Source of the DNA: an uncultured Verrucomicrobiae bacterium
Lineage (GTDB): Bacteria > Verrucomicrobiota > Verrucomicrobiia > Chthoniobacterales > UBA10450
Assembly (NCBI GenBank): GCA_963726745.1
Contig: CAVSDR010000006.1
Span: 480,001-544,000, forward strand
DNA length: 64,000 bases
Direction of reading: 5' to 3'
The notes under the pieces: model-generated
What the model was told of the DNA's origin: nothing
The model's input: only the letters and a program-made list of their open reading frames with translations
Database searches by the model: none
In this document: positions 9,327 to 19,276 of the stretch, in pieces
Position numbering within the stretch: position 1 is the first letter of the stretch
How the letters are laid out: the number at the start of each line of letters is the position of its first letter
Position numbers and translations under genes: made by a program

Positions 9327-10367
9327 ATGAAGATCGATCTGCACACGCACATTCTCCCGCGCGAGTGGCCGGACCTCGACCGGAAATACGGCTACCCCGG
9401 CTTCATCCGCCTGGAGCATCACCGGCCCTGCTGCGCGCGGATGATGAAAGGCGAGCATTGCTTCCGCGAGGTGCGCGACAACGTCTGGGAACCGACCCGC
9501 CGGATCGAGGAAATGGACGCGTCGGGCGTGACCTTGCAGGTGCTCTCGACCGTGCCGGTGATGTTTTCCTATTGGGCGAAACCGGCGGACGCACTCGATC
9601 TTGCGCGCCGCTTAAACGATCACATCGCCGAGGTCGTGCGGGCGCATCCGACGCGCTTCGCCGGCCTGGCGACGATCCCGTTGCAGGACCCGGAGCTGGC
9701 CGCGGGCGAACTCGAGCGTTGCGTGCGCGAGCTCGGCCTGCGCGGCGCGCAGATCGGGACGCACGTGGATGCGAATGAATTTTGTCACGGGCCGCTTTGC
9801 CGAAATCTCGATGACCGCGCGCTCGACACCGTCTGGCAAACGGCCGAGTCGCTCGACGCTGGCCTGTTTGTGCATCCGTGGGACATGCTCGGGAAGGCGC
9901 GGATGCCGAAGTTTTGGCTGCCGTGGCTCGTCGGCATGCCGGCGGAAACGGCGCTGGCAATGTGCTGTCTAATATTCGGCGGCGTCTTCGAGCGCTTCCC
10001 AAAATTGCGCGTCGCCTTCGCCCATGGCGGCGGCGCTTTCCCGTTCACCATCGGGCGGATCGAGCACGCGTTTCACGTGCGGCCCGACTTGGTCGCGCTC
10101 GAGAACCAGCGCAACCCGCGCAGTTATCTCGCAAGCGAAGGCAAGCCGGCGCACTTCTACGTCGACTCGTTAGTCCACGATCCCGCCGCGCTGCGCATGC
10201 TCCTCGGGCTTTTCGGCGCGGAGCGGATCGCGCTCGGCTCGGATTACCCCTTCCCGCTCGGCGAAGAACGCGCCGGCAGCTTGATCGAGTCGCTCCCGGA
10301 CCTAACGAGCGGTCAAAAAGCGCAGTTGCTCGGCGGCACGGCCGTGGAATTCCTGAAGCTGCGATGA
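9327..10367 (+). CDS. nbaD: 2-amino-3-carboxymuconate-6-semialdehyde decarboxylase (ACMSD, amidohydrolase family)
   Basis: MKIDLHTHILPREWPDL, LSTVPVMFSYWAKP, FVHPWDM, WLPWLVGMPAET, AHGGGAFPFTIGRI, GSDYPFPLGE; lies near 3-HAO. Confidence 0.92.
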   Translation: MKIDLHTHILPREWPDLDRKYGYPGFIRLEHHRPCCARMMKGEHCFREVRDNVWEPTRRIEEMDASGVTLQVLSTVPVMFSYWAKPADALDLARRLNDHIAEVVRAHPTRFAGLATIPLQDPELAAGELERCVRELGLRGAQIGTHVDANEFCHGPLCRNLDDRALDTVWQTAESLDAGLFVHPWDMLGKARMPKFWLPWLVGMPAETALAMCCLIFGGVFERFPKLRVAFAHGGGAFPFTIGRIEHAFHVRPDLVALENQRNPRSYLASEGKPAHFYVDSLVHDPAALRMLLGLFGAERIALGSDYPFPLGEERAGSLIESLPDLTSGQKAQLLGGTAVEFLKLR

Positions 10368-11137
10368 AACTTCGTCTGGCGCTGTTGCTGGCTCTGTTCA
10401 CCTCGACCGCTGCGCTGTTCGCGGATGAAGAGGTGGTCGTGCGCGGCCGCGAGGAGGGCGAAGAATTTGAGGAACCGGGCGGCTACGGCCAGCCGCAGTG
10501 GGCCGAGCGCAGCCGCGCCTCGGCCACGACCAAGCTCTACGTGCTCTCGCCTTGGGAGGTCTTCGCCGGCGTGATCTCGTCGACTAAATTCGGTCGCGGC
10601 CGCGGTGAGCTCACGCAGGAAATCGAGCTCGGCCTTCCCGGCCGCCTCGAGCTGGACCTGGAAAATCGCGTCGGCTACTTCGCCGAGCGGGACTGCAGCC
10701 TTGGGGCGCGTTATGCGCTGGCGAACTGGGGCAAGCTGCCGTTGAACCCGGCGCTCGCGGCGAGTTATCGCTTCGGCGAGCCCCGCGCGCTCGAGCTGCG
10801 GTTGCTCCTGGGGCAGGAATTTTTCCCGCGCGTGCAATGGGCTGCGAATCTTTTCGCCGACGTCGGCCGCGGCGGGCGTGGAGCGCGTGGCTTCACCCAG
10901 AGCCTCGCCTATCTCGCGCTGGCCGACCGGCTCGAGCTCGGCACCGAGTTGCGCCTGGCCCAGACCGGCCACCGGAACGAGTTTGGGCTCGGGCCGAGCG
11001 TGAACTGGAAGCCGAACCTCCACACCGTCTTGAGCGCCGCGCCGCTCTTCGGCCTGACCCACCGGTCGCCGCGGCTGGAGCTGCTGCTCGCGGCTTCGCT
11101 GGAATTTGGCGGCGGCGAGTCCAAGACTGCTCGTTAG
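10364..11137 (+). CDS. Secreted hypothetical protein, possibly an outer-membrane beta-barrel
   Basis: Signal peptide MKLRLALLLALFTSTAALFA, alternating beta-strand patterns (QEIELGL, LELDLEN, LELGTELR), and ATGA overlap with the upstream gene. Confidence 0.6.
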   Translation: MKLRLALLLALFTSTAALFADEEVVVRGREEGEEFEEPGGYGQPQWAERSRASATTKLYVLSPWEVFAGVISSTKFGRGRGELTQEIELGLPGRLELDLENRVGYFAERDCSLGARYALANWGKLPLNPALAASYRFGEPRALELRLLLGQEFFPRVQWAANLFADVGRGGRGARGFTQSLAYLALADRLELGTELRLAQTGHRNEFGLGPSVNWKPNLHTVLSAAPLFGLTHRSPRLELLLAASLEFGGGESKTAR

Positions 11138-11160
11138 GCGATTAGCCGGCATTTTCAGCC

Positions 11161-11823
11161 ATGGCGGAACTCTTCACCCGGGACGACGCCACTTTTGACG
11201 GGATTTACCCGCCGGCGATCCGCGCGCTCTCGGAACTGTTTTGGACGCCGGTGGCGGTCGCGGCGGAGGCGGCCCGCTGGCTGGCCGAGGAGGCCGGCAC
11301 GCGCGTGCTCGATCTTGGCTGCGGCGCGGGAAAGTTCTGCCTGGTGGGCGCGGCGACCACCGCAGGTCACTTCACCGGCGTGGAGCAGCGTGCGGAACTG
11401 GTGGCCGCGGCGCGACAGGCAGCGGCCGGCCTTGGGCTCGAGCGCCTGGAGTTCGTCCACGCGAACATCACCGACACGCGCCTGGCCGACTTCGACGCCT
11501 TTTACCTCTTCAATCCTTTCGAGGAAAACCGGCACGGCTACCGGATCGACTCGGCGATTCCGCTCGCGCCGGAGCTTTACCAAAAATACACCCGCCACGT
11601 GGCGGCGGAGCTGGCGCAACAGCCGCTCGGCACGCGCGTGGCCAGCTACATGGGCTACGCGGAGGACATCCCGGATTGCTACACCTGCGACAACGCGCTC
11701 TTCGATGACGACCTGAAGTTCTGGGTCAAGACGCGCGCGCACGACGCGGAACTGGAGCGCCTCCGGTTGCGCAGTCCGCGCAGCTACCGCGGGGCGCGCG
11801 GCTGGGCGCCGCCGCGGCATTAG
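11161..11823 (+). CDS. Class I SAM-dependent methyltransferase
   Basis: RVLDLGCGAGKF, GVEQR, FYLFNPF. Confidence 0.85.
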   Translation: MAELFTRDDATFDGIYPPAIRALSELFWTPVAVAAEAARWLAEEAGTRVLDLGCGAGKFCLVGAATTAGHFTGVEQRAELVAAARQAAAGLGLERLEFVHANITDTRLADFDAFYLFNPFEENRHGYRIDSAIPLAPELYQKYTRHVAAELAQQPLGTRVASYMGYAEDIPDCYTCDNALFDDDLKFWVKTRAHDAELERLRLRSPRSYRGARGWAPPRH

Positions 11824-11834
11824 CCGACAACTTG

Positions 11835-12908
11835 TTAGGCGACGGCTTCCGTCCCCACGACCGCGGCATGGATTTCCTCCATGATCTCGCGCAGGCCGTA
11901 ACGGAATTTCCAAGCCGGGTAATGCTCCTGGAATTTCCGCACGTCGCTAATCCACCAAATGTGATCGCCGATGCGGTTGTCCTCGACGTATTCCCAGGTG
12001 AGCTGGCGGCCGCTGATTTCCTCGCAGAGCTGGATGGCCTCGCGCATGGAGCAATTGCTGTGGCGACTGCCGCCGAGATTGTAGACTTCGCCCGAGCGCG
12101 GCGCGGCGATGAACGCAGCGAAGGCTTCCACCAGGTCGAAGCTGTGGATGTTATCCCGCACCTGCTTGCCATTGTAACCGAAGACGCGGTAGGGCCGGCC
12201 GGTGACGGTGCATTTCATCAGGTAACTAAGGAAGCCGTGGAGCTCCGTGCCCGCGTGCGCCGGGCCGGTCAGGCAACCGCCGCGGAAGCAGGCCGTGGGC
12301 ATGCCGAAGTAGCGACCGTATTCCTGCACGAGCACGTCGGCCGCGACCTTGGAGGCGCCGAAGAGCGAGTGCTTCGTGTGGTCGATGCTCATGGTCTCGG
12401 AAATGCCAGGCTCATACTCGTGGCCCTCGGCGATTTCCCAGCGGAACTCGAGCTCGCGCAGCGGCAGGCGGTTCGGCGTGTCGCCGTAGACTTTATTGGT
12501 CGAGGTGAAAACAAACGGCGCCTCGGGCGCGACTTGCCGCGTGGCCTCGAGGAGGTTGAGCGTGCCGTTGGCGTTGACCGTGAAATCCATCTGCGGATCG
12601 CGTGCCGCCCAGTCGTGCGAGGGCTGCGCCGCGGTGTGCACCACCGCCGCGATGCGACCGGCGTGCTCCTGGAAAACCGCGAGCACCGCGGCGGCGTCGC
12701 GGATGTCGATGTCGTGGTGCTCGTAGCCCTCGACCGTCTCGACGAGCGCGTCACGCGTCCCGCGGGTGGAAGCTTCCGCGCCGAAGAAGCGGCTGCGCAT
12801 GTCATTGTCGATCCCGACCACGCGCTGCCCTTCGCGGGCGAAATGCTTGACCGTCTCCGAGCCGATGAGGCCGGCGGAACCGGTGACGATGATGGTGTTT
12901 GCTTTCAT
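11835..12908 (-). CDS. NAD-dependent nucleotide-sugar epimerase/dehydratase (CDP-paratose 2-epimerase-like)
   Basis: [57 protein letters not shown]. Confidence 0.88.
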   Translation of the reverse strand: MKANTIIVTGSAGLIGSETVKHFAREGQRVVGIDNDMRSRFFGAEASTRGTRDALVETVEGYEHHDIDIRDAAAVLAVFQEHAGRIAAVVHTAAQPSHDWAARDPQMDFTVNANGTLNLLEATRQVAPEAPFVFTSTNKVYGDTPNRLPLRELEFRWEIAEGHEYEPGISETMSIDHTKHSLFGASKVAADVLVQEYGRYFGMPTACFRGGCLTGPAHAGTELHGFLSYLMKCTVTGRPYRVFGYNGKQVRDNIHSFDLVEAFAAFIAAPRSGEVYNLGGSRHSNCSMREAIQLCEEISGRQLTWEYVEDNRIGDHIWWISDVRKFQEHYPAWKFRYGLREIMEEIHAAVVGTEAVA

Positions 12909-12939
12909 GGGAGAAAAATTAGCCGACGCTCTGTGGCCC

Positions 12940-13634
12940 TCAGGATTGCCCGATGATCCACGTGATCTCCCCAGAGCAACTCACGCGCCCCGCCGGGTAG
13001 TCTCCCTCGCCCGCGAGCACCTGCTCGATCAGCTCGGGGTGCTTCGTCCCATCGACGATGAAGCAGACCTGCCGCGCGGCCGCGATCAGCGGATAGGTGA
13101 AGGTGATCCGCCAGGTGTCGAGCTTCGGGACGTGATTCGCGACGACCCGCTCAGTCACTTCATTGAGCGCTGCCGTCCCGGGAAAAAGCGAGGCCGTGTG
13201 CCCATCCGGCCCCAGGCCGAGCAGGATGAGATCGTGCCGGAAGATACCCTCGCCGCTCTGGGCCGCGCGCACGTCCAGCGCGTCCTGGTATTCCTGCGCC
13301 GCGACGTGCGGCTCGAGCTCGCCGCGCATCCGCGCCACCGAGGCCGCCGGCACATGCGCCGGGTCGAGTAAGCGTCTCGCGCGCCATCCGGTAAGTTGCT
13401 CTCGGCATCGTCCGGTGGGACACAACGCTCGTCGCCGAAAGTGAGAAAGATCCGCTCCCACGGCAGCTCCGCGCCGCGCCGCGCCAGCTCCGCGTAGATC
13501 GGCCGCGGCGTGTTCCCGCCCGAGAGCGAGAGGCGAAACTCACCGCGCTCGCCCAGCGCCAGTCGCGCCTGTTGCAGAATGAAATCGACCGCTTTCTCCA
13601 CGAAGGCGGTCGTGCGCAGGACGGTCGCTTCCAT
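12940..13634 (-). CDS. pgl: 6-phosphogluconolactonase; frameshifted around 13370-13400
   Basis: [26 protein letters not shown] in one frame; [26 protein letters not shown] in another. Confidence 0.88.
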
Positions 13635-13642
13635 CTTGCTGG

Positions 13643-14115
13643 CTAAATCGAGCAATGCGTGAGACCGCGCTTCTCGAGGTAGCGCTGGTGATAATCTTCC
13701 GCGGGATAGAACTTCGGCGCAGGTGCGATCTCGGTCACGATCGGCTTTGGGAAACGTCCGCTCTGGTCCAGCGCCGCCTTCGATTTTTCCGCGGCCGCCT
13801 TCTGTTCGGGCGAGTAAAAGAAGATTGCGGAACGGTATTGCGTGCCGACGTCCGGGCCCTGGCGATTGAGCGTCGTCGGATTGTGGTTCGACCAGAAAGT
13901 GTCGAGTAATTTCTCGTAGCTCACCTCCGCCGGGTCGAACTCCACCTCGACCACCTCGGCGTGTCCGGTGGCATCCGTGCAGACTTCCTCATAGGTCGGG
14001 TTCTCGGTTTTGCCGCCGGCGTAACCAGAGATCGCCTCGCGCACGCCGGCACCGCGCGAAAGGTCGCCTCCACGCCCCAGAAACAACCCGCGCCAAACAT
14101 TGCTTTTTCCGTCAT
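13643..14115 (-). CDS. msrA: Peptide methionine sulfoxide reductase A; frameshift near 14050
   Basis: FGAGCFWGVE, then GYAGG..PTYEEVC..TGHAEVV, RQGPDVGTQYRSAIF, FYPAEDYHQRYL. Confidence 0.92.
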
Positions 14116-14161
14116 GGGAAACAATCGGCGGAAGGGCGGTCGCACGCAAGATGCGCCCGGC

Positions 14162-14905
14162 TCACATCACCATCCCGCCATCCACCGCCAGCACCTGCCC
14201 TGTGATGTAGCGCGCTTCCGCCGAAGCGAGAAAAGCCACCATCGCCGCGATGTCCTCCGGCTGGCCTAACGAGCCCAGCGGGATCTTGCTCAGGATATTT
14301 TTTCGCACTTCCTCCGGCAGCACCGAGGTCATGTCGGTTTCGATCAAGCCCGGTGCGACCGCGTTCACCGTGATCCCGCGGCTGGCCACCTCACGCGCGA
14401 GCGACTTGGTGAATCCGATCAAGCCGGCCTTGCTTGCGGCGTAGTTCGTCTGCCCCGCGTTGCCGATCAAGCCGATGACCGAAGTGATGTTGATGATCCG
14501 GCCGCTGCGCTGCTTGATCATCGAGCGCTGGACCGACTGCACGAAATTGAAGGCGCCCTTGAGATTCGTGTTCAGCACGACATCCCAATCCTCCGGCGAC
14601 ATCCGCATGCTCAGGCCATCGCGGGTCACGCCGGCGTTGTTCACCAGGATGTCCACGCGGCCGAACTCCTCGAGAATGCGCGCGCCGGTCGCCTGCACCG
14701 CCGCGTGGTCGGAGACATCGACCGCGTAAGCCCGGGCCGCATCCGCGCGCCCGGCGTTGATCTCGTCGGCTGTTTTCTGGGCGTTCGCTTCCGTGCGGCT
14801 AACCGATGCGACGCGCGCGCCCTCCTGCGCCAGGCGCAGGGCAATCGCATGCCCGATCCCCCGCCCCGCCCCCGTGACAATCGCGACCTGATTTTCGAAT
14901 TTCAT
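14162..14905 (-). CDS. fabG: 3-oxoacyl-ACP reductase
   Basis: TGAGRGIG, NNAGVTRDGL, GNAGQTNYAASKAG, VAPGLIETDMT, TGQVLAVDGGM. Confidence 0.93.
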   Translation of the reverse strand: MKFENQVAIVTGAGRGIGHAIALRLAQEGARVASVSRTEANAQKTADEINAGRADAARAYAVDVSDHAAVQATGARILEEFGRVDILVNNAGVTRDGLSMRMSPEDWDVVLNTNLKGAFNFVQSVQRSMIKQRSGRIINITSVIGLIGNAGQTNYAASKAGLIGFTKSLAREVASRGITVNAVAPGLIETDMTSVLPEEVRKNILSKIPLGSLGQPEDIAAMVAFLASAEARYITGQVLAVDGGMVM

Positions 14906-14946
14906 GACAAGACATTCGTCGGCGCGAGCACGGACGAAGGCAATCC

Positions 14947-16086
14947 CTAACGAGCAATTTTCACCATCCGCCGCGCGCGCGCGCTCTCGGTGATCGCATC
15001 GAGCACGACTTGATTGCGCCAGCCATCCTCGAAGGTGGGCTGGACGCTTTGGCCAGCGACGACCGCGCGGACGAAGTCGGCCATGGTGTGCACGAAGGTG
15101 TGCTCGTAGCCGATCAAGTGTCCCGGCGGCCACCAATTCTCGATGAACGGATGCGCCGCTTCCGTGACCAGGAGGTCGCGAAACCCGCGGCGCTCCGCGG
15201 GATCGGCGGCATGGTAAAAGCGGAGGCGATTCATTTCTTCGAAGTCGAAGACGAGCGAGCCGGCGCTGCCGTTGATCTCGAGCGTGATGCTGTTCTTCCG
15301 TCCGTGGGCGAAGCGGGTGGCCTCGAAATTAGCCAGCGCATTGTTGCGGAAACGGCCGATCACGGAGACGGCGTCATCGACGGTCACGCGGCCGCGTTGG
15401 CCAGCGCCGCTCTCCAGCGGGCGCTCTTTTACGAACGTCTCCATGACCGCGCTGACCTCGCGAAATTCCCCCACGAGATAGCGCGCGAGATCGACCAGGT
15501 GAGCGTTGAGGTCGCCGTGTGCGCCGGAGCCGGCGACCTTCCTTTGCAGGCGCCAGACGAGCGGAAACTCGGGATCGGCGATCCAATCCTGCGCGTAGCG
15601 CGCGCGAAAATGGTAGAGACGGTCGCCCAGTTCCCCGCGCGCGATCATCTCCCGCGCGAGCGCGAGCGCCGGGATGCGCCGGTAGTTGTGGCAAACCATG
15701 TGGACCACGCGCGCCTTCCGCACCGCGGCGAGCATCTCGGCGCATTCCGCGGCGTCGAGCCCGAGCGGTTTCTCACACAGGATCGCCTTGCCCGCAGCCG
15801 CGGCGGCGAGCGCGATCTCGCGGTGGGAGTCGTTAGGCGTCGAGATGTCGACCACGTCGATCTCGGGATCGTCGAGCACTTGCCGCCAATCAGTCACGCT
15901 CTGCTCCCAGCCGAGCTGCTGCGCGGCGGCCCGCACCGCCGTGCGATCGCGGCCGCAAATCGTCTTCATCCGCACGTCTGCCGGCAGGTCAAAGAAGCGC
16001 GGCGCCTGGCGCCAGGCATTGGAATGCGCCCGGCCCATGAAGTTGTAGCCGATGAGGCCGACTGCGAGCGTTCGTCTGGTCCTCAT
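14947..16086 (-). CDS. Gfo/Idh/MocA family oxidoreductase
   Basis: VGLIGYNFMGRAHS, ILCEKPL, GAHGDLNAHLVD. Confidence 0.9.
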   Translation of the reverse strand: MRTRRTLAVGLIGYNFMGRAHSNAWRQAPRFFDLPADVRMKTICGRDRTAVRAAAQQLGWEQSVTDWRQVLDDPEIDVVDISTPNDSHREIALAAAAAGKAILCEKPLGLDAAECAEMLAAVRKARVVHMVCHNYRRIPALALAREMIARGELGDRLYHFRARYAQDWIADPEFPLVWRLQRKVAGSGAHGDLNAHLVDLARYLVGEFREVSAVMETFVKERPLESGAGQRGRVTVDDAVSVIGRFRNNALANFEATRFAHGRKNSITLEINGSAGSLVFDFEEMNRLRFYHAADPAERRGFRDLLVTEAAHPFIENWWPPGHLIGYEHTFVHTMADFVRAVVAGQSVQPTFEDGWRNQVVLDAITESARARRMVKIAR

Positions 16087-16160
16087 GTGCGCAGGTGCAA
16101 AGCGTGGGCGGACGTTTTATATGGGGGAATGCGCCGGCGACTCAAGGCCAGAACCTCGCG

Positions 16161-16739
16161 ATGAAGTGCCCCTCCTGTGGCGCGCTCTTCGCGTCGCCTG
16201 TGCCCCGCTGCCCGGAGTGCAAATTTTCCCTGCAGAAAGCGGATGCGCGTTTCGGCCTGGTGCCGGCGCATTCGCGCTTCCTGACCGATCGCACCGGGCG
16301 TTTGACGCCCGCGGAGGTGCAGACCCTGCGCGACGCGCTCAAACTCTTCCAGAAGCGCTTTCCGCAAACGCTTTTCTCGGTGCTTCTGGTGGAACTCCCG
16401 GCCGGCAGCAGCGTGGCCGAGTTTGCCTTCTGGATTGCGAACCGCGCGCGCTTCACTTCCGCCGATCGCCTGCGCGCGGAGAACCGAAATATCCTTCTCG
16501 CGGTCGACCTGGCCGGCGGCAGCGCGGCGCTCACGACCGGCTACGGCCTGGAAAAATTCGTCCCGGAAGCGACGTTGCAACGCGCGCTCGATCAGCTGGC
16601 CGGTGCACTGGCGACCAACGGCGTGGCCGCGGGCGTGCAGGCGGCGATCGGTTCGCTCACGGAACAATTTCGCGTGCTCGCAGCGGATCATCCCACTGCC
16701 GATGCGCGCTCGAACGAGAGAGGAGTGGACTCATGGTAA
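16161..16739 (+). CDS. TPM-domain-like protein with N-terminal zinc ribbon
   Basis: CPSC..CPEC, then LTDRTGRLT..ILLAVD..TTGYGLEKFVPE (TPM pattern). Confidence 0.7.
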   Translation: MKCPSCGALFASPVPRCPECKFSLQKADARFGLVPAHSRFLTDRTGRLTPAEVQTLRDALKLFQKRFPQTLFSVLLVELPAGSSVAEFAFWIANRARFTSADRLRAENRNILLAVDLAGGSAALTTGYGLEKFVPEATLQRALDQLAGALATNGVAAGVQAAIGSLTEQFRVLAADHPTADARSNERGVDSW

Positions 16740-17161
16740 GGCCGCTTCGCTTGCTCCTCTGCGCGCTCTGCCTGCTCGGCGGGCCCGCGCTTTTGCCGGC
16801 GCAATCCACGCCCCGATCGTCACCGACCCCGCCGATTTTCGATCCCCGTCCCGTGGGCGTCATCCCACCGCCCACGCCTACGCCGCGCTACAGCGGACGC
16901 ACCGAGGCCGAGGAAGAAAAGCCAATCGAGCGCGTCTGGCTTTTCGTCGGTGGCGGTGTGGTGCTGCTTCTGGGCGCCGGCGTTCTCTGGTTCGCCCTGG
17001 GCGCCTGGCGCTCGTCGAATCTTTTCGATCGGCAATATCTTTTCCCTGAAAGCGAAGCGGCCGACTTGCGCCTGGGCGGCTTGAAATGCGGCGGCCATCT
17101 GGCGCAGGTGCAGTTCGGGAAAGACGCACCGCGGGTGCCGTCAAAAGCGAAAGACGCTTAG
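16733..17161 (+). CDS. Hypothetical membrane protein (signal peptide, Pro-rich linker, one TM helix)
   Basis: MVRPLRLLLCALCLLGG..PPPTPTP..VWLFVGGGVVLLLGAGVLWFAL; start overlaps the upstream stop. Confidence 0.55.
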   Translation: MVRPLRLLLCALCLLGGPALLPAQSTPRSSPTPPIFDPRPVGVIPPPTPTPRYSGRTEAEEEKPIERVWLFVGGGVVLLLGAGVLWFALGAWRSSNLFDRQYLFPESEAADLRLGGLKCGGHLAQVQFGKDAPRVPSKAKDA

Positions 17162-18112
17162 AAAGGCCACCTCCACCGCGAGCGCTTCCTGGATGTTGCG
17201 CCCGAGCTGGTCGCGCAATTCCTCCAGCCGCCGCAGCCGCCGGAGGCAATCCGTGGTCGTGAGCTTGCCGGCTATTTCCTGTGTCTTCCCGGCCGCGGCC
17301 GGCAACTCCGAGCCGGCCAGACCCTCGCACGCGCGGAGCACATCCGACCACCAGCGGAAAAGCACCTCCACCAGATCGGCGCGCCGTTGCACGTAAAGGC
17401 TTTCGTTCATCGCCTTGTAGAAATCCTCGCGCTCGTCCAGCCAGGCGCCGTCGGTGGTTTTCTTGTAGCGCTCCTCCTCCGCTTTCAAGGCCGCGGCATT
17501 CTCTGTCTGGATGCCTTCGCGCAAGCGACCTAGAAGCCGCTGGAAACCTTGCGCCAGCCGATAGGCTCCCTGCACTCCACTGCTCGCCGGCCCGCCAATC
17601 TCGCTGAGTAAAGCCACCAGCTCCGTCTCTTCCGCGGAAGGCGCAATCCCCGCCGGGGTCGCAAGCGGGATCGGCACGCAGCGCGAGCGGATCGTATCCA
17701 TGAGCGCTTCCGGGAGCGCGCTCAAGAGCAGGAGCAACGAGTCGTTAGGCGGCTCTTCCAGCGTTTTCAGGAAAGCGTTCGCGGCTTGCGGCTGGAGGCG
17801 GTCGGCATCGGAAACAATCGCGACTTTGCGTCGTCCGCCGGTGGCGCGCATCTGCAGCGCGTGCTCCAGCGTGCGCACCTGCTCGATCACAATGCGGCGC
17901 GATTTCGAGCTTGGCTCCGCCAGAAAAACATCGCTCGCGTTCCCGGAGAAGACATCCTCGGCCTCGGTGCCGTTGACCAAGTTAGCCAGCCGGCTGGCGA
18001 GCGCGCGTTTGCCGCTCCCAGCCGCGCCGGAGATGAGATAAGCGTGGGCCAGGCGCTCCTGCTCGTGCGCGCGGCGCAGGTATTGGAAAGCAGCTTCGGG
18101 CGAGAAAGACAT
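17141..18112 (-). CDS. holB: DNA polymerase III delta' subunit
   Basis: RLAHAYLISGAAGSGK, IVIEQVR, AANAFLKTLEEPP, TIRSRC; directly downstream of tmk. Confidence 0.9.
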   Translation of the reverse strand: MSFSPEAAFQYLRRAHEQERLAHAYLISGAAGSGKRALASRLANLVNGTEAEDVFSGNASDVFLAEPSSKSRRIVIEQVRTLEHALQMRATGGRRKVAIVSDADRLQPQAANAFLKTLEEPPNDSLLLLLSALPEALMDTIRSRCVPIPLATPAGIAPSAEETELVALLSEIGGPASSGVQGAYRLAQGFQRLLGRLREGIQTENAAALKAEEERYKKTTDGAWLDEREDFYKAMNESLYVQRRADLVEVLFRWWSDVLRACEGLAGSELPAAAGKTQEIAGKLTTTDCLRRLRRLEELRDQLGRNIQEALAVEVAFLSVFRF

Positions 18113-18753
18113 CAGGGCGTGAGGCGCGGCGCGAGCGCCTGCCAGATGGTGGCTTCGATTTCCTCCGGCGACCCGGAAGCGTCGATTAAATGCACGCGCT
18201 CCGGCTCGCGGGCCGCGAGCGCGCGATAGGCCGCGCAGACGCGCTCGTAGAATTCCTCCGGCTGCGATTCCATCCGGTCGGGCGCGCCCACCGGCCGCAC
18301 CCGGCGAAGCATCCGCTGGCGCGCGGTCGCGAGCTCCACATCGAGCAAAAACGTCAGGTCCGGCTGCCAGGAGCCGACCGCAAACCGGTTGAGTTGCGCC
18401 ACCATCTCGCTGTCTAATTTTCGCGCCGCGCCCTGGTAGACCGTGGTCGAATCGTAAAAGCGATCGCTGATCACATGCGTGCCACGCGCCAGCGCGGGCG
18501 CGATCACCTCGCGCACCAACTGGCTGCGGCTGGCCTCGAAAAGCAGCACCTCCGTCTCCGGGTGCATCGCGTAGCCTTCGGGCGCGAACTGCAGGAGGTC
18601 GCGGATTTTTTCGCCGATGGCGGTGCCGCCGGGCTCGCGCGTGAGCAGGAATTCGTGGCCGGCCTTTTCCAGGCGCGCAGCCAGCCGCTTCACCTGGGTC
18701 GATTTCCCGCAGCCCTCCGATCCTTCGAATGTGATGAAGAGGCCGCGGGACAC
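18112..18753 (-). CDS. tmk: Thymidylate kinase
   Basis: FITFEGSEGCGKSTQ, TREPGGT, DRFYDST, PDLTFLLD. Confidence 0.95.
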   Translation of the reverse strand: MSRGLFITFEGSEGCGKSTQVKRLAARLEKAGHEFLLTREPGGTAIGEKIRDLLQFAPEGYAMHPETEVLLFEASRSQLVREVIAPALARGTHVISDRFYDSTTVYQGAARKLDSEMVAQLNRFAVGSWQPDLTFLLDVELATARQRMLRRVRPVGAPDRMESQPEEFYERVCAAYRALAAREPERVHLIDASGSPEEIEATIWQALAPRLTP

Positions 18754-18817
18754 GTCGCGATTGTGAAACAGGCGGCGGCGGTTGTCGAATGGCTGGCGGC
18801 GCGCTAGAAGCTCGTGG

Positions 18818-19226
18818 ATGAAGAAACACTGGCTCGTGAAATCGGAGCCGTCGGCTTACTCGTGGGCGGATCTCGTGCGCGACGGCAAGACCAGCTGGAC
18901 CGGCGTGCGCAATTTCACCGCGCGGAATAACCTGCGCGCGATGCAGCCAGGCGACGCGGTTTTGTTTTACCACAGCGTCACCGGGAAAGAAATCGTCGGC
19001 CTGGCCGAGGTGCAGCGCGCCGCTTATCCCGACGCGACCGCCACGGAAGGCGACTGGAGTGCGGTCGACCTCGTGCCGCAGAAAGCGCTCAAAAATCCGG
19101 TCACGCTCGAGGCAGTGAAGAAAAATCCCGCGCTCCAGCGAGATGGCGCTCCTCCGGCTTTCGCGGCTCTCGGTGCAGTCGCTCACGCGTGAGGAATTCG
19201 ACGAAGTGCTGCGCATGAGCCGCTAG
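18818..19226 (+). CDS. EVE domain protein; frameshift near 19140
   Basis: WLVKSEPSAYSW, WTGVRNFTARNNLRAM, FYHS; after the shift, MALLRLSRLSVQ..* at 19224-19226. Confidence 0.88.
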
Positions 19227-19276
19227 CGCCGGCCTTTGCGCTTGTCGGGCAGGGCCGCGAAGCTGAGAACATCGAC

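Noticed and set aside
11161..11823. Methyltransferase flanked by motif pairs as the motif's cognate DNA methylase
   Set aside because: It is only 220 aa, has FNPF rather than a clear DPPY/NPPY or PC motif, and has no target-recognition domain. The flanking motifs are explained by stop-codon overlap.
18818..19226. EVE protein as part of a modification-dependent defence system or as reader of the iterated motif
   Set aside because: It is a stand-alone EVE domain in a housekeeping context with no nuclease or methylase next to it, and nothing links it to the motif.
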